In this document: in pieces, positions 28,913 to 38,583 of the stretch
Position numbering within the stretch: position 1 is the stretch's first letter
How the letters are laid out: each line of letters opens with the position of its first letter
Origin: Candidatus Micrarchaeia archaeon
GTDB taxonomy: Archaea; Micrarchaeota; Micrarchaeia; Burarchaeales; Fermentimicrarchaeaceae
Direction: 5' to 3'
NCBI GenBank assembly: GCA_038871515.1
Contig: JAVZHX010000003.1
Location: forward strand, 32,001-96,000
DNA length: 64,000 nucleotides
Position numbers and translations under genes: made by a program
Notes under the pieces: generated by a model
Database searches by the model: none
Told to the model about the DNA's origin: nothing
The model's input: the letters and a program-made list of their open reading frames with translations, nothing else

Positions 28913-30085
28913 TTAGGTTAATACTTGCGGCATGAAGATGAGGAGCAAGCCAAGGATGAGCAGGACAACTCCTCCAATCAATTGGGAGAGCTTTCCATAT
29001 TTTGAGCCGAAGTCTGTTGAGCTGAGTGTTATAACTGCCATGCTGAAAACAATCATGTCGTCAAGCATGTAGAAGAATACGTATATAAGGATGTAGAGGT
29101 AGTATTCAAGGAAGGGAAGGTTTCTCAAAGCAAGTATCCTTGTGAAAGTTGCTGGGAAGCCTGCTGAGCAGGCAAACTCAACTGTGTTAACTGTGAATGC
29201 AAGAAGCACTATTCCGAAAAGGGTTGCTGGCACTGCGCTTGGTTTTGTTAGCTCATCAATTCTTTTCATAATCTTGCTTTGGGAAGCTGCGTCAGTTACC
29301 TTGCAGACTGCTTTTGGAAGAGTTATGTAATCCTTCAAGTTTATCAAACCGGCTCCAACTGCTACAATTCCAACTAGCACACGGGTTATATCAGTGAAGC
29401 TTATAATCTCCCATAATTTCAGCCAGCCGGAGAGGATGAGAATATACCACACACCAGAGGCAAAAACAAATGTTCCAACTATGAGTATCATTTTCTTTCT
29501 GTCCTTTGTGCCAGTAAGCATTGTTATCAAGTAGATAAGCACCCACATGGCGCATGGGTTAAAGCCGTCAAGCAACCCGAGCAGTATGCTGAGGAGGGGG
29601 AGGGAGGCGGTTCTCATGTCAATTTTCCCAATAAATGGGTAGTTTATTACGTAGGTTTCAACCACTGTTGCATTTGTTGTCTCATTTCCTTCACTGCGGA
29701 GGACGTTTGTGTACGGGTCGATGCATCCAAACTGAATGCAGTTAGCTACTCTCTCCTCAATTATTCTTCCCGTTGTGTCATCATCCATATAACCAATTAT
29801 CACTCCATCTCCAACGTAAGTTTGGGGGACACCGAAGAAATCAGTTTCAGAAACTTTGTATGCTCTGGCAAATCTAGTCATTAAATTAAGATTCTCATCT
29901 GAGATGTCAACTGCAAACTTCTTTATTTCCAGAGAGGGGTATTTTGCTTCAAGTTTTGAGAGGAAGATTGATTCAGCGTGGCAGTGCGGGCAGGTTGTTG
30001 AATAGAAGAAGTACATAGTGACATTATATGCAGTAATATGATGTGCTAGCAGAAGCAATAACAGCAGCAGTGCAGTTTTTCTCAA
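28913..30085 (-). CDS. Thioredoxin/glutaredoxin domain plus CcdA/DsbD-like membrane domain
   Basis: FYSTTCPHC; GLLDGFNPCAMWVL; VEFACSAGFP. Confidence 0.85.
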   Translation of the reverse strand: MRKTALLLLLLLLAHHITAYNVTMYFFYSTTCPHCHAESIFLSKLEAKYPSLEIKKFAVDISDENLNLMTRFARAYKVSETDFFGVPQTYVGDGVIIGYMDDDTTGRIIEERVANCIQFGCIDPYTNVLRSEGNETTNATVVETYVINYPFIGKIDMRTASLPLLSILLGLLDGFNPCAMWVLIYLITMLTGTKDRKKMILIVGTFVFASGVWYILILSGWLKLWEIISFTDITRVLVGIVAVGAGLINLKDYITLPKAVCKVTDAASQSKIMKRIDELTKPSAVPATLFGIVLLAFTVNTVEFACSAGFPATFTRILALRNLPFLEYYLYILIYVFFYMLDDMIVFSMAVITLSSTDFGSKYGKLSQLIGGVVLLILGLLLIFMPQVLT

Positions 30086-30129
30086 AGTAACACCAGATAG
30101 ATATAAAGCAGAAAATTTATAAAACTTGT

Positions 30130-30639
30130 TTATTGTTTGGAGTTTTTGCATAGCTTGTTGAACTCAACTCTTGAGGAAATTTCAAATGAGTTGACAAGCT
30201 CGGAGATGTCCTTCTCTGGGAGCTCAAGGAGCTTGCTCAAACCACCTATGTTTTGTCTGTTTGCAAATTGGATGAGTTTATTTATTGTTGATAAATCCAC
30301 CCAAGCCTCAATTTCAAGATTTACTGGGTTGGATTTGAGAGATTGGCCGTCAAGTATTCTTGAATTCCATGGATTCTCCATTCTTGAAGCGAGAAGCTTT
30401 CCTGTGTTTTTCAGTTCATTTTCAAGGAAGAGGGTGAATCTATTCTCAATCTCATCTGCAACTGGGAATTGAAGTTTTGGCTTTGTTTCGTTTATTCTGT
30501 CAAGAACTTTTAGGAGAAATTCCTTTGGTTTCTCCTTCCAGTCTGGTTTTGAGTCAATCATTCCCATAATTCCATTAGCCAGCTCTCTGAACTCCTCCTC
30601 AGTTCTTCTCTGCTCTGCCTGCTTGAACGCAATGCTCAT
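30130..30639 (-). CDS. Hypothetical protein
   Basis: ORF translationally coupled (ATGA) to the upstream glycosylase. Confidence 0.65.
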   Translation of the reverse strand: MSIAFKQAEQRRTEEEFRELANGIMGMIDSKPDWKEKPKEFLLKVLDRINETKPKLQFPVADEIENRFTLFLENELKNTGKLLASRMENPWNSRILDGQSLKSNPVNLEIEAWVDLSTINKLIQFANRQNIGGLSKLLELPEKDISELVNSFEISSRVEFNKLCKNSKQ

Positions 30640-31298
30640 GGTTGTATTTTGGTTTTTTGTATATAAAAAGTGCATTCCTTCCTGAGCGGGCAGGGAGGGC
30701 AGTTTGGTTTTGTTTTGCAGTAGTTTTTCCCAAGCTCAACAAGGAGAGCGTGCATCTCCTTGTAAACTTCCAAGTTTCTCGGAAGGTTGGAGTGAAAGAA
30801 GTTTTGAAGTTTGTTATAATTTCCTTTTACAACTCCCAAGCGCTCGCAAATTCTTTTTGTGTAAGCATCTATTGGGAAAATTAGTTTCTCAGCAGCGTAG
30901 AGGAGAATTGAGTCAGCAGTCTCGTATCCGACTCCTTCAAGTGAGAGGAGCTCCTCCCTTGCTTCCTCAAGTGGTTTGGAGAGAAGTAGTTTTAAGTTTC
31001 CGTTGTATGTTTTTTCAATGTATTTTGCAAACTTCCTTAATCTTCTTGCTTTCTGTCTGTAGAAGCCGGTTGGTTTCACGCATGCATACAGTTTGGTTAA
31101 GCTTGCTTCTGCGATTGCTTTTGAGGTGAGCATCTTCTCATTTTTTAGATTTTCTATTGCTTTCTCAACGTTCCTCCATGTGCTCTGCTGTGTTAGAAAA
31201 GCACCTACAATTATCTCAAACTGGGGGTTGTTGCTTGTTGTGGGCCACCAGTGCTGCTTTCCAAAGTGCCTGAGAAGTTTTTTGTAGATTCTATTCAT
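30636..31298 (-). CDS. HhH-GPD / endonuclease III-related DNA glycosylase with 4Fe-4S motif
   Basis: FEIIVGAFLTQQS, LLSLEGVGYETADSILLY, IDAY, CKTKPNCPPCPLRKEC. Confidence 0.9.
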   Translation of the reverse strand: MNRIYKKLLRHFGKQHWWPTTSNNPQFEIIVGAFLTQQSTWRNVEKAIENLKNEKMLTSKAIAEASLTKLYACVKPTGFYRQKARRLRKFAKYIEKTYNGNLKLLLSKPLEEAREELLSLEGVGYETADSILLYAAEKLIFPIDAYTKRICERLGVVKGNYNKLQNFFHSNLPRNLEVYKEMHALLVELGKNYCKTKPNCPPCPLRKECTFYIQKTKIQP

Positions 31299-31346
31299 AA
31301 GATCAGTTAAGCAAGAAAAATATTTAAGTTCCTTCCATTTTATATT

Positions 31347-31601
31347 ATGGCAACGTTTCTTATAATGGACTTGTTCAAACTTCCTTTTGGAGTTGTTTTG
31401 ACGGGAGAGGTAAGAAGTGATGTGCTTAGGGTGAGAATGAAAGCGAACGTTGAGGGAAAGATGATGGAGGTAAAGGCAATTGAGATGGCGCACAGGCAAG
31501 TGCAGGAAGCGAAAGCAGGTGAGAAGGTTGGTGTAGTGCTGAGCAATGCTGATTACAATCTACTTTACAAGTATAAGGGGAAAGTTGTGGAGTTTTTGTG
31601 A
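31347..31601 (+). CDS. Stand-alone EF-Tu domain II-like beta-barrel protein
   Basis: GVVLTGEV, EVKAIEMAHRQVQEAKAGEKVGVVL. Confidence 0.8.
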   Translation: MATFLIMDLFKLPFGVVLTGEVRSDVLRVRMKANVEGKMMEVKAIEMAHRQVQEAKAGEKVGVVLSNADYNLLYKYKGKVVEFL

Positions 31602-31642
31602 AGTATTAAATTAATTTCCTTTCAAATAGATAGGGGGTTGCT

Positions 31643-32092
31643 ATGTCCAGGCCTTCTTGGGATGAGTATTTTATGAAGATATGCAATGTGGTTGCTGAGA
31701 GGTCAACGTGCAAGAGGCATCAGTTTGGAGCAGTAATTGTCAGAGATAAAAGGTTGCTTGCAACGGGTTACAACGGCGCTCCAAGCGGCTTGCCGCATTG
31801 TTTGGATATCGGTTGTTTAAGGGATGAATTGAAGATACCTAGTGGGACGCATCATGAGATATGCAGGGGAGTTCATGCTGAGCAGAACGCGATAATTCAG
31901 TGCGCGCTGCATGGAGTTTCATCAAAGGATGCTACAATGTATGTGAATGGAATCCCGTGTAAAATATGCGCTAAAATGATAATCAATGCTGGTATAAGGA
32001 GGGTTGTTTACTCAGGCGATTATGCTGATAAGGAAGCTTTTGAGCTTTTCAAGCAGGCTGGAGTGAAGATGGATAGAATTAACTTGAAGTGA
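31643..32092 (+). CDS. dCMP deaminase / ComEB family
   Basis: [28 protein letters not shown]. Confidence 0.93.
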   Translation: MSRPSWDEYFMKICNVVAERSTCKRHQFGAVIVRDKRLLATGYNGAPSGLPHCLDIGCLRDELKIPSGTHHEICRGVHAEQNAIIQCALHGVSSKDATMYVNGIPCKICAKMIINAGIRRVVYSGDYADKEAFELFKQAGVKMDRINLK

Positions 32093-32096
32093 GAGG

Positions 32097-32492
32097 ATGG
32101 CGTTAAGGGTGCTGCATTCGTTTGTTCATCAGAGTGATGAGAAAATAACCTCCCTTACAGTTTCTCTTGGGGAGGATGGAGTTTTCATAACGCTGAGTGA
32201 TAAGAAGAATAAAAATAGGGTGAAGCTTGGGTTGGATGAGGTTGCTGGGCTTGCTGATGCAGTTGAGAGGAATAAAAGTTGGAGCGCATTTCACACTTTT
32301 ACAACTCTTGAAAACAAGGAAAGCAGGAGCAGAATAAACTATGCTGATGGTTTCTTCAGTGTTGAGGGTGAAACGAAAATAGCGGTGAAGCTTGCTGAAA
32401 ATGAAAAGGCTGCTTTCAAGCGAGTGCTTGAGTTTGCTTTGGAGAGGATGCTGGAGAGCAGGTTGAGGGGAAGTGTTAAATCAATTAGGTAG
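32097..32492 (+). CDS. Hypothetical protein with internal duplication (Whirly/PC4-like topology possible)
   Basis: Two repeats of H.F...S....DG.F.......VKL...E. Confidence 0.65.
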   Translation: MALRVLHSFVHQSDEKITSLTVSLGEDGVFITLSDKKNKNRVKLGLDEVAGLADAVERNKSWSAFHTFTTLENKESRSRINYADGFFSVEGETKIAVKLAENEKAAFKRVLEFALERMLESRLRGSVKSIR

Positions 32493-34001
32493 CTATCCCA
32501 GTTTTGACTTTTTTATTTCATCTGATGCAGTTATTTCGGCAAGCACCTTTGCAAGTTCATCTATTTCTTCTTCATTATTCCTTATTGAGAATGAAACTCT
32601 CACGCTGTCCGGCTTGGGTATGTAGGTTGTTTCAATTCCACGTTTGTGCAACTCCTCAACAACTTTTTGGGAACTGATGTTCTCCAATGAAAAAGCAAGT
32701 ATTGCTGGGGAGGAATTGTGAGGAGAGAGAATCTGCATGTGTGGGATTGTTTTAAGCTTATCAACAGCATATTCTTTTAGGTGCTTGATTCTCTCATGAA
32801 CTTTATCCCATCCTATCTCATCAAAGAATTTCAGAGATTCGTTTAATGATGCAATTTCTGGTGTGGAGATTCTCCTGAACTCGCTGAGCGTTCTCTCATC
32901 CAGGCTTGCCCAGTCGTTGATTGTCCTACGCTCTCCTTTAAATATGTTGATTGGCTGGTTGTCCGGGTGGAATTGAAATGCCTTCAGCTCAAACAGCGGT
33001 GCAGTTCCAAAGTAGGGGTTGGGTTCAAGCAACTTTTGAATTAGCTTGGCGTTGCGCTCACTGATGTAGAGTATGCCTGTCGCTGGTTCGGAAAGCAGTG
33101 TTTTATGCGCGCTTGCAACGTAAAAATCACATCCAATTCCCTCAACGTTAATTTGGCTTGGATGGAGGTTGCCAAGCACCTGCGCCCCATCTATGAGAAA
33201 GTAAACTTTTCTGTTTTCATCTGAATGTTTTTTGGCTATCTCGGAGATTTTTTCAACTGGCGCCACTCCTCCATCCCCTCTGAATACGTGGCTTACAACA
33301 ATAAGCTTTGTTTTCTCATTTATTGCATTCTCTATGTTCGCAAGCATCTCCTCATCGTTTCTTCCAACGTTTACAACTCTCATTTTCACATCAAGGTATC
33401 TCCTTTCACCAAGCTGTAGTTGAACGAGGTAAGCGGAGCGGTGTTTTATACTATCCGAATCCAAAGCATAGTTCTGCATGGTAAGCCCAACCTCATCAAA
33501 CAGGGATGGGGTTGCAGTGAATTCGGCTATCGGAAGACGTCCGAGTTGAAACTGGCGGAGAGGGCGCATCTTTTGGGGAGGGGGAAGTCTGTATAGCGGG
33601 TCAAAGAAAACCCGCATGCTCGGGAAGTATTCGCGGGTGGTTGTTATGAATTCATCTCCCTCCTTCAGCACCATTGCAGCCACAAGCTTCATTGCCTCAG
33701 TTGTGTTGTTATCAAAAACTATATTCTGGGGTTTTGTCCCAAGGAGTTTTGAGACTCTAACTCTTGTTTCTTCAACTAAGTTGAGCTGCTCTTTGAAGTT
33801 TTCATCAAGACGTACGTATTTTTTATGGTATCTGTCAAACTCCATTACTGCAGCCTTGATTGATTGCGTTGGGGGTATGCCGATGCTTGCGTCGTTAAAA
33901 TAGATTTTTCCAATAGATGGGTCTTTGAAGAAGAGAGAAGGTGGCGGAAAGCGCTCCTTGATTTCGGACCAGAATTTCCTTTCCTCTGCCTCCTTTTGCA
34001 T
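32493..34001 (-). CDS. Class V PLP-dependent aminotransferase-fold enzyme
   Basis: IYFNDAS, NTTEA, IDGAQ, SAHK (PLP lysine), VRVSF..N. Confidence 0.85.
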   Translation of the reverse strand: MQKEAEERKFWSEIKERFPPPSLFFKDPSIGKIYFNDASIGIPPTQSIKAAVMEFDRYHKKYVRLDENFKEQLNLVEETRVRVSKLLGTKPQNIVFDNNTTEAMKLVAAMVLKEGDEFITTTREYFPSMRVFFDPLYRLPPPQKMRPLRQFQLGRLPIAEFTATPSLFDEVGLTMQNYALDSDSIKHRSAYLVQLQLGERRYLDVKMRVVNVGRNDEEMLANIENAINEKTKLIVVSHVFRGDGGVAPVEKISEIAKKHSDENRKVYFLIDGAQVLGNLHPSQINVEGIGCDFYVASAHKTLLSEPATGILYISERNAKLIQKLLEPNPYFGTAPLFELKAFQFHPDNQPINIFKGERRTINDWASLDERTLSEFRRISTPEIASLNESLKFFDEIGWDKVHERIKHLKEYAVDKLKTIPHMQILSPHNSSPAILAFSLENISSQKVVEELHKRGIETTYIPKPDSVRVSFSIRNNEEEIDELAKVLAEITASDEIKKSKLG

Positions 34002-34032
34002 AATAATATTATACCAGAGCTCGTTAATAAAA

Positions 34033-35139
34033 ATGAGTGATTCTATGAAAGAGATAAGGGAAGGAAAAGCAAAGCTGTTTATCTCGGATAAGGTTTTCTT
34101 CAACCCAAAGATGGAGCTTTGCAGAGATGTTTCAAGCCTGGCAGTTGGCGCTTACTGCGAGGAAGCTGGGGGAATAAGGGTGGTTGATGGGTTATGCGGA
34201 AGCGGGGCGAGAGGGGTGAGGTATGCAAAGGAGAATGAAATTGGTGAGGTGCAGTTTGTAGATGTGGAGGAGGAGGCGTGCAAGCTTGCAGAAAGGAATG
34301 CAAAGCTGAATGGTTTAAAAAATTACCGAGTTCACTGCTCCCATATAAATGACTTTCTTTTCCACAACAGGGAGTTTGGTTGGGTGGAGATAGACCCGTT
34401 TGGAACGCCAATTGGGTATTTGCATGCAGCAATGACTTCTTTCAGAAAAGGAGGGGTGCTTTCTGTCACTGCAACGGATACGGCAGTTCTCTGCGGTGCG
34501 CATTCAAAAGCATGTCTGAAAATTTATGGAGCTGCTCCAATTGATAATGAGTACTGCCATGAGATTGGTTTAAGAATACTTGCGGGTGTGATTGTCAGGT
34601 TTGCATCAAGCATGAACTTCAAAAGTGAGTTTCTTCTTTCAATGTCAGCGCAGCATTACTTCAAGTTGTTTGTTAAATTAAAGTTGGGGGCAGAGGGAGC
34701 TGTGGAGAGCATTAAAGAATTGGGGTATATTTCACACTGTCCTAAATGCTTGAACAGGGAGTGGAGGTTCAATCCACCTGTTTTGAAGGAGAGCTGTCCT
34801 CTCTGTGGTGGGAAGTTTCAGCATGCAGGTCCTCTGTTTCTTGGTGAGCTTTGGGATGCGGAATTCATAAGCAGAATGAGAAAGCTGAATATGGAGAGGG
34901 AGTATTCAAACAAATGGAAAATTGATGAATTGCTTGAGCTTATGGAGGAGGAAGCGGGGATGCCTCCCACGTATTTTGATTTGCACAAGCTTGCGGAGAA
35001 ATTGAGGAAATCATCTCCTAATTTTGAAAGTTTTATTAAAAAAGTGAAAGAGATAGGTTATGGAGTTTCAAGGACGCATTTCAAAAGAAATTCAATAAGG
35101 ACAGATGCAACGGTGAGAGAGCTTTCATCTATTTTTTAA
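34033..35139 (+). CDS. trm1: tRNA (guanine26-N2)-dimethyltransferase
   Basis: VFFNPKM..RD, GSGARGVRY, IDPFGTP, VTATD, E.GLRIL, SRTHF. Confidence 0.95.
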   Translation: MSDSMKEIREGKAKLFISDKVFFNPKMELCRDVSSLAVGAYCEEAGGIRVVDGLCGSGARGVRYAKENEIGEVQFVDVEEEACKLAERNAKLNGLKNYRVHCSHINDFLFHNREFGWVEIDPFGTPIGYLHAAMTSFRKGGVLSVTATDTAVLCGAHSKACLKIYGAAPIDNEYCHEIGLRILAGVIVRFASSMNFKSEFLLSMSAQHYFKLFVKLKLGAEGAVESIKELGYISHCPKCLNREWRFNPPVLKESCPLCGGKFQHAGPLFLGELWDAEFISRMRKLNMEREYSNKWKIDELLELMEEEAGMPPTYFDLHKLAEKLRKSSPNFESFIKKVKEIGYGVSRTHFKRNSIRTDATVRELSSIF

Positions 35140-36456
35140 TTTTAAGCCAATCATAACGTCATTCAGATTCGTTCCAGTTGCTCCTGTTATTATGCAATCT
35201 CCAAGTATTCTGAAAAAGTTGTATGTATCATTATTTTTCTGAAAAACTTCTGCATCCACCCCAAGCTCTTTTGATTTGCTTATTGTTAACCCATCAACCA
35301 CTGCTCCGGCTGCTGGTGAGTTCCCGTCTACTCCGTCAGTCCCAAAAGAAGCAAAAAGCAATTCAGAAAAACCCGCTATTGCGAGAGCACAGCTCAAGGC
35401 AACTTCCTGATTTCTTCCTCCAGCTCCTTTGCCGGTGACTTTAACGGTTGTTTCCCCTCCTGCAACAAAGCTTCCTTTTTTTAGAATGCAGGCAAGTTTC
35501 CTTCCAGCTTCCCTTGCATCTCCTTTTATGTTTTGGATTAACCTGTGCTTCACCCCAAGAGAGTTCAGGAAGCTGCTTGCTGAGAGAAGGGCTGTTCTGT
35601 TGTTTCCAATTATGAAGCTGTGAACTTTTTTGAAAATTCTGTTATTTCTCTTTGGGGTTTCCTCAACCAACCCTCTCACTCCTTTCTCAATAATCCTGCA
35701 TGGCAGGGAGGTATCCCAGAGTTTGTATTTGAGAAGCACTCTTTTTGCATCTGAGAAAGTTGTGGTGTCAGGCACGGTTGGTCCTGAGGAGATGACGTCA
35801 AGCGGGTCGCCAATCACGTCTGAGAGGATGAGGTTGATGATTGTTGCTGGGTGGAGTTTTTCTGCAAGCCTTCCTCCTTTCACTTGGGAGAGGTGCTTTC
35901 TCACGCAGTTCAACTCATTTATATCCGCGCCTGCTTTCATTAATTTATCAACAATCAACTGCTTCTCGTGAAGTTCAATTCCTTCAAGGGGGAGGGAAAG
36001 CATCGCTGAGCCTCCACCTGAGATGAGGCATATCACCAAATCATCTTCTTCAAGTGATTCCGCGTAACTTAAAATTTCAATTGTTCCTCTCAAGCTCCCT
36101 TCTTTAGCTATTGGGTGCTCTGCCTGGTTGAGCTTTATCCTTTTTGTTTTGAAGCGAGTTCCTTTCAGTATGTTCACAACTCCCCCTTCAATTGGGAGAA
36201 TTTTTTCAATCTGCTCAGCCATGCGCCCGCTTGCCTTTCCCCAGCCGAGCACGTGGATGTGTTTGAAGTTTCTGAGAGGGAAAGTTTTGGTTTTCCTCTC
36301 AGTTTTTATTATAAGTTCATCTTCTTTCAGAATAAGTGCTTTTTCAATTAATCTGTCTGGTTGGATGGAGAGGAGGGTTTGCTCAATTGTATTAAGGAGA
36401 AGCTCCCTTCTTCTATCCCTGTAAAGTAGTTGGGTTCTGTTCTTTATGAAACTCAT
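35125..36456 (-). CDS. Glycerate 2-kinase (MOFRL family)
   Basis: GKAS, HP, ISGGGSA, VRKHLSQVKGG, SDVIGD..SGPT, GGETTV, GGRNQE, TDGVDG, TGTNLND. Confidence 0.92.
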   Translation of the reverse strand: MSFIKNRTQLLYRDRRRELLLNTIEQTLLSIQPDRLIEKALILKEDELIIKTERKTKTFPLRNFKHIHVLGWGKASGRMAEQIEKILPIEGGVVNILKGTRFKTKRIKLNQAEHPIAKEGSLRGTIEILSYAESLEEDDLVICLISGGGSAMLSLPLEGIELHEKQLIVDKLMKAGADINELNCVRKHLSQVKGGRLAEKLHPATIINLILSDVIGDPLDVISSGPTVPDTTTFSDAKRVLLKYKLWDTSLPCRIIEKGVRGLVEETPKRNNRIFKKVHSFIIGNNRTALLSASSFLNSLGVKHRLIQNIKGDAREAGRKLACILKKGSFVAGGETTVKVTGKGAGGRNQEVALSCALAIAGFSELLFASFGTDGVDGNSPAAGAVVDGLTISKSKELGVDAEVFQKNNDTYNFFRILGDCIITGATGTNLNDVMIGLKLKNR

Positions 36457-36650
36457 ATCTTTATCAGCTTTGTATCGCAGATTGAGCAGTGAGGCGTTTT
36501 TATTATAACCCCTTTTCTGTCTGCGCATTTGGAGTGATAGAAGCTTTTGCATTTTGGGCACATCATTGTTGCTCCGAAAAGCATTGTTGCGAATATGCCA
36601 CCCACTCTGTCTTTGCAGATGAGGCATACCTCATCCAAAGCTACCACCAA
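36453..36650 (-). CDS. Small C4HC3 (PHD/RING-like) zinc finger protein
   Basis: CLIC...CPKCKSFYHSKC...CSIC; ATGA overlap with the glycerate kinase gene. Confidence 0.75.
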   Translation of the reverse strand: MVVALDEVCLICKDRVGGIFATMLFGATMMCPKCKSFYHSKCADRKGVIIKTPHCSICDTKLIKI

Positions 36651-36730
36651 ATCAGTTTCGTATTAAGTTGTATATTAACTTTCTGCTGGATGGGAATTGT
36701 TTTAATAATTTTTGATGAGATTAGGAATGC

Positions 36731-37834
36731 ATGGAAGTTTCAAAGAGAGTTGTTAAAACGCTTCAGGAGCTTATTAGAATTGACAGCTCCAAGGGGATTC
36801 AGAGCATATCTGATTACGTTCAACGGGAGCTTGAGGAAGTTGGGTTAAAAGTAAGAAGAGATAGGGATGGAAATTTACTTTCCGAAATTGGGGAGGGAGA
36901 GGGGTTTCTGCTGAATGCACACCTGGACACGGTTAAAGCGGAGTGGGAAGGCGCATTCTCAGCAAGAATTGTTGGGGGGAGAGTTTATGGAAGAGGTGCG
37001 AGCGATTGTAAGGCAGGAGTTGCTACCATGATTGAAATAGCTCGGTTGCTGGAAGAGGAGAAGCTCAGCAACAGAGTTGTTTTCACATTCACTGGGAATG
37101 AGGAGGATAAACCGCTTGAGATGAACGGAGCGTATAAGCTCGCGAGAAAAATAAAAGCAAGAAGGGGGTTGGTGCTTGAGCCAACTGCCCGGGAGGATGG
37201 TTCAATTGGAATATCTGTGGGGTGCAGAGGAAGCTACAGGTTCAGAGTTGATGTGCTGGGAAAGAGCTGCCACAGCGCTCATCCTGAGAGAGGGGAGAAT
37301 GCAATATACAACGCATTCAAGTTTATTGAAAGTTTCAGAAAGATGAAGAAGCCAGAGAGAAAGATACTGGGTGAGGAGGTTTCTGCAACCGCAAGTATAA
37401 CACAGATTGAAGCAAAGGAAGGGGTGAATGTTATACCTGGGAAGTGCTCGTTGAGCATTGATTACAGAGCATTGCCAGAGGAGGATGAAAGAGAGATAGT
37501 GGAGAAGCTTGACAGAATCTGCAGAGGTTCTCTTGGAAAGAAGTATCGGTTGGAGAAGCTTAGTGGAATTCCCGGAGGAGTTTATAAAGAGAGGAGTTTC
37601 CTTGAGGAGTGCAGGAAAGCAGTTGAATCGGTTGGTTGCGTTCCAAGGGTTTATTTCAAGAAAACTAGAAACGACTCTGCAGTTTTTCAAAAACACGGAG
37701 GAATTGGTTGTTATGTGATGGGACCTGGGATAGAGGAGCAGGCGCATAAAGTGAATGAATACTGCAGTGTAGATTGCCTGATGAGAACAACTGAGGCAGT
37801 GAGGAAGGTGGTGTGGAGGTATGCGGTTCAGTGA
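36731..37834 (+). CDS. M20 family metallopeptidase (ArgE/DapE-like)
   Basis: NAHLDTV, GRGASDCK, EE, EP, GKSCHSA, AHKVNE. Confidence 0.9.
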   Translation: MEVSKRVVKTLQELIRIDSSKGIQSISDYVQRELEEVGLKVRRDRDGNLLSEIGEGEGFLLNAHLDTVKAEWEGAFSARIVGGRVYGRGASDCKAGVATMIEIARLLEEEKLSNRVVFTFTGNEEDKPLEMNGAYKLARKIKARRGLVLEPTAREDGSIGISVGCRGSYRFRVDVLGKSCHSAHPERGENAIYNAFKFIESFRKMKKPERKILGEEVSATASITQIEAKEGVNVIPGKCSLSIDYRALPEEDEREIVEKLDRICRGSLGKKYRLEKLSGIPGGVYKERSFLEECRKAVESVGCVPRVYFKKTRNDSAVFQKHGGIGCYVMGPGIEEQAHKVNEYCSVDCLMRTTEAVRKVVWRYAVQ

Positions 37835-38583
37835 TAGGAGTGCTCCTCATCTGGGAAGCTTCCCTCCTCAACTTCTTTTTTAAATTGGGAGACTGCGTTT
37901 CTTATTATTTCAGCTAGACTTGCGTATCTTTTCACAAACTTTGGCTTGAAAGTATCATCCATTCCCAGTAAATCATTTATGACAAGCACCTGCCCGTCGC
38001 AGTATTTCCCTGCCCCAATTCCAATTGTTATTGTTTTGACATTTTCGGTAATTCTCTTTCCAAGTGATTCTGGTATGCATTCCAAAACAAGGGAGAATAC
38101 TCCAAGTTTGTCAAGCGTTAATGCATCCCTGAATATCCTTTCTGCTTCCTCCCCATCCTTGCCAACAAGCTTGTGCTTCTCAGCTGTTTGAGGAAGCAAA
38201 CCAAGGTGTCCCATAACAGGAATTCCATCTGAAAGAAGTGCTTTCACAACTTCCTCACAGCATCCCTCAACCTTCACTCCTTTTGCGCCTGCCTGAAGAA
38301 ATTTTCTTGCGTTCTCAAGCGCAAGCTGTGGTGTCGAGTAGGAGTTAATTGGCATGTCTCCGATTATTGGTGTTTTCTTAGCTCCCCTTGCAACTGCTTT
38401 TGTGTGGTGAAGCATCTCCTGCATTGTAACTTCTTTTGTGGTTGGGTAGCCAAGCACAACCATGCCTAAGCTGTCCCCTACGAGTATCAAATCAACTCCT
38501 GCTTCTTCAACAAGTTTCGCAGTTTGGTAGTCGTATGCTGTGAGCATTACAACTTTCTTCTTACCTTTCATTCCTTCCAGCAT
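37828..38583 (-). CDS. panB: Ketopantoate hydroxymethyltransferase
   Basis: MLTAYD, ILVGDSLGM, DMP, VKVEG, GHLGLLPQ, IGIGAG..CDGQVLV. Confidence 0.96.
   Translation of the reverse strand: MLEGMKGKKKVVMLTAYDYQTAKLVEEAGVDLILVGDSLGMVVLGYPTTKEVTMQEMLHHTKAVARGAKKTPIIGDMPINSYSTPQLALENARKFLQAGAKGVKVEGCCEEVVKALLSDGIPVMGHLGLLPQTAEKHKLVGKDGEEAERIFRDALTLDKLGVFSLVLECIPESLGKRITENVKTITIGIGAGKYCDGQVLVINDLLGMDDTFKPKFVKRYASLAEIIRNAVSQFKKEVEEGSFPDEEHSYH

Noticed and set aside
36457..36627. N-terminal extensions in the ORF track (glycerate kinase, also endonuclease III-like, trm1, mrp, AbiEii)
   Set aside because: They overlap neighbouring genes or promoters; downstream starts with SD or ATGA coupling fit better.
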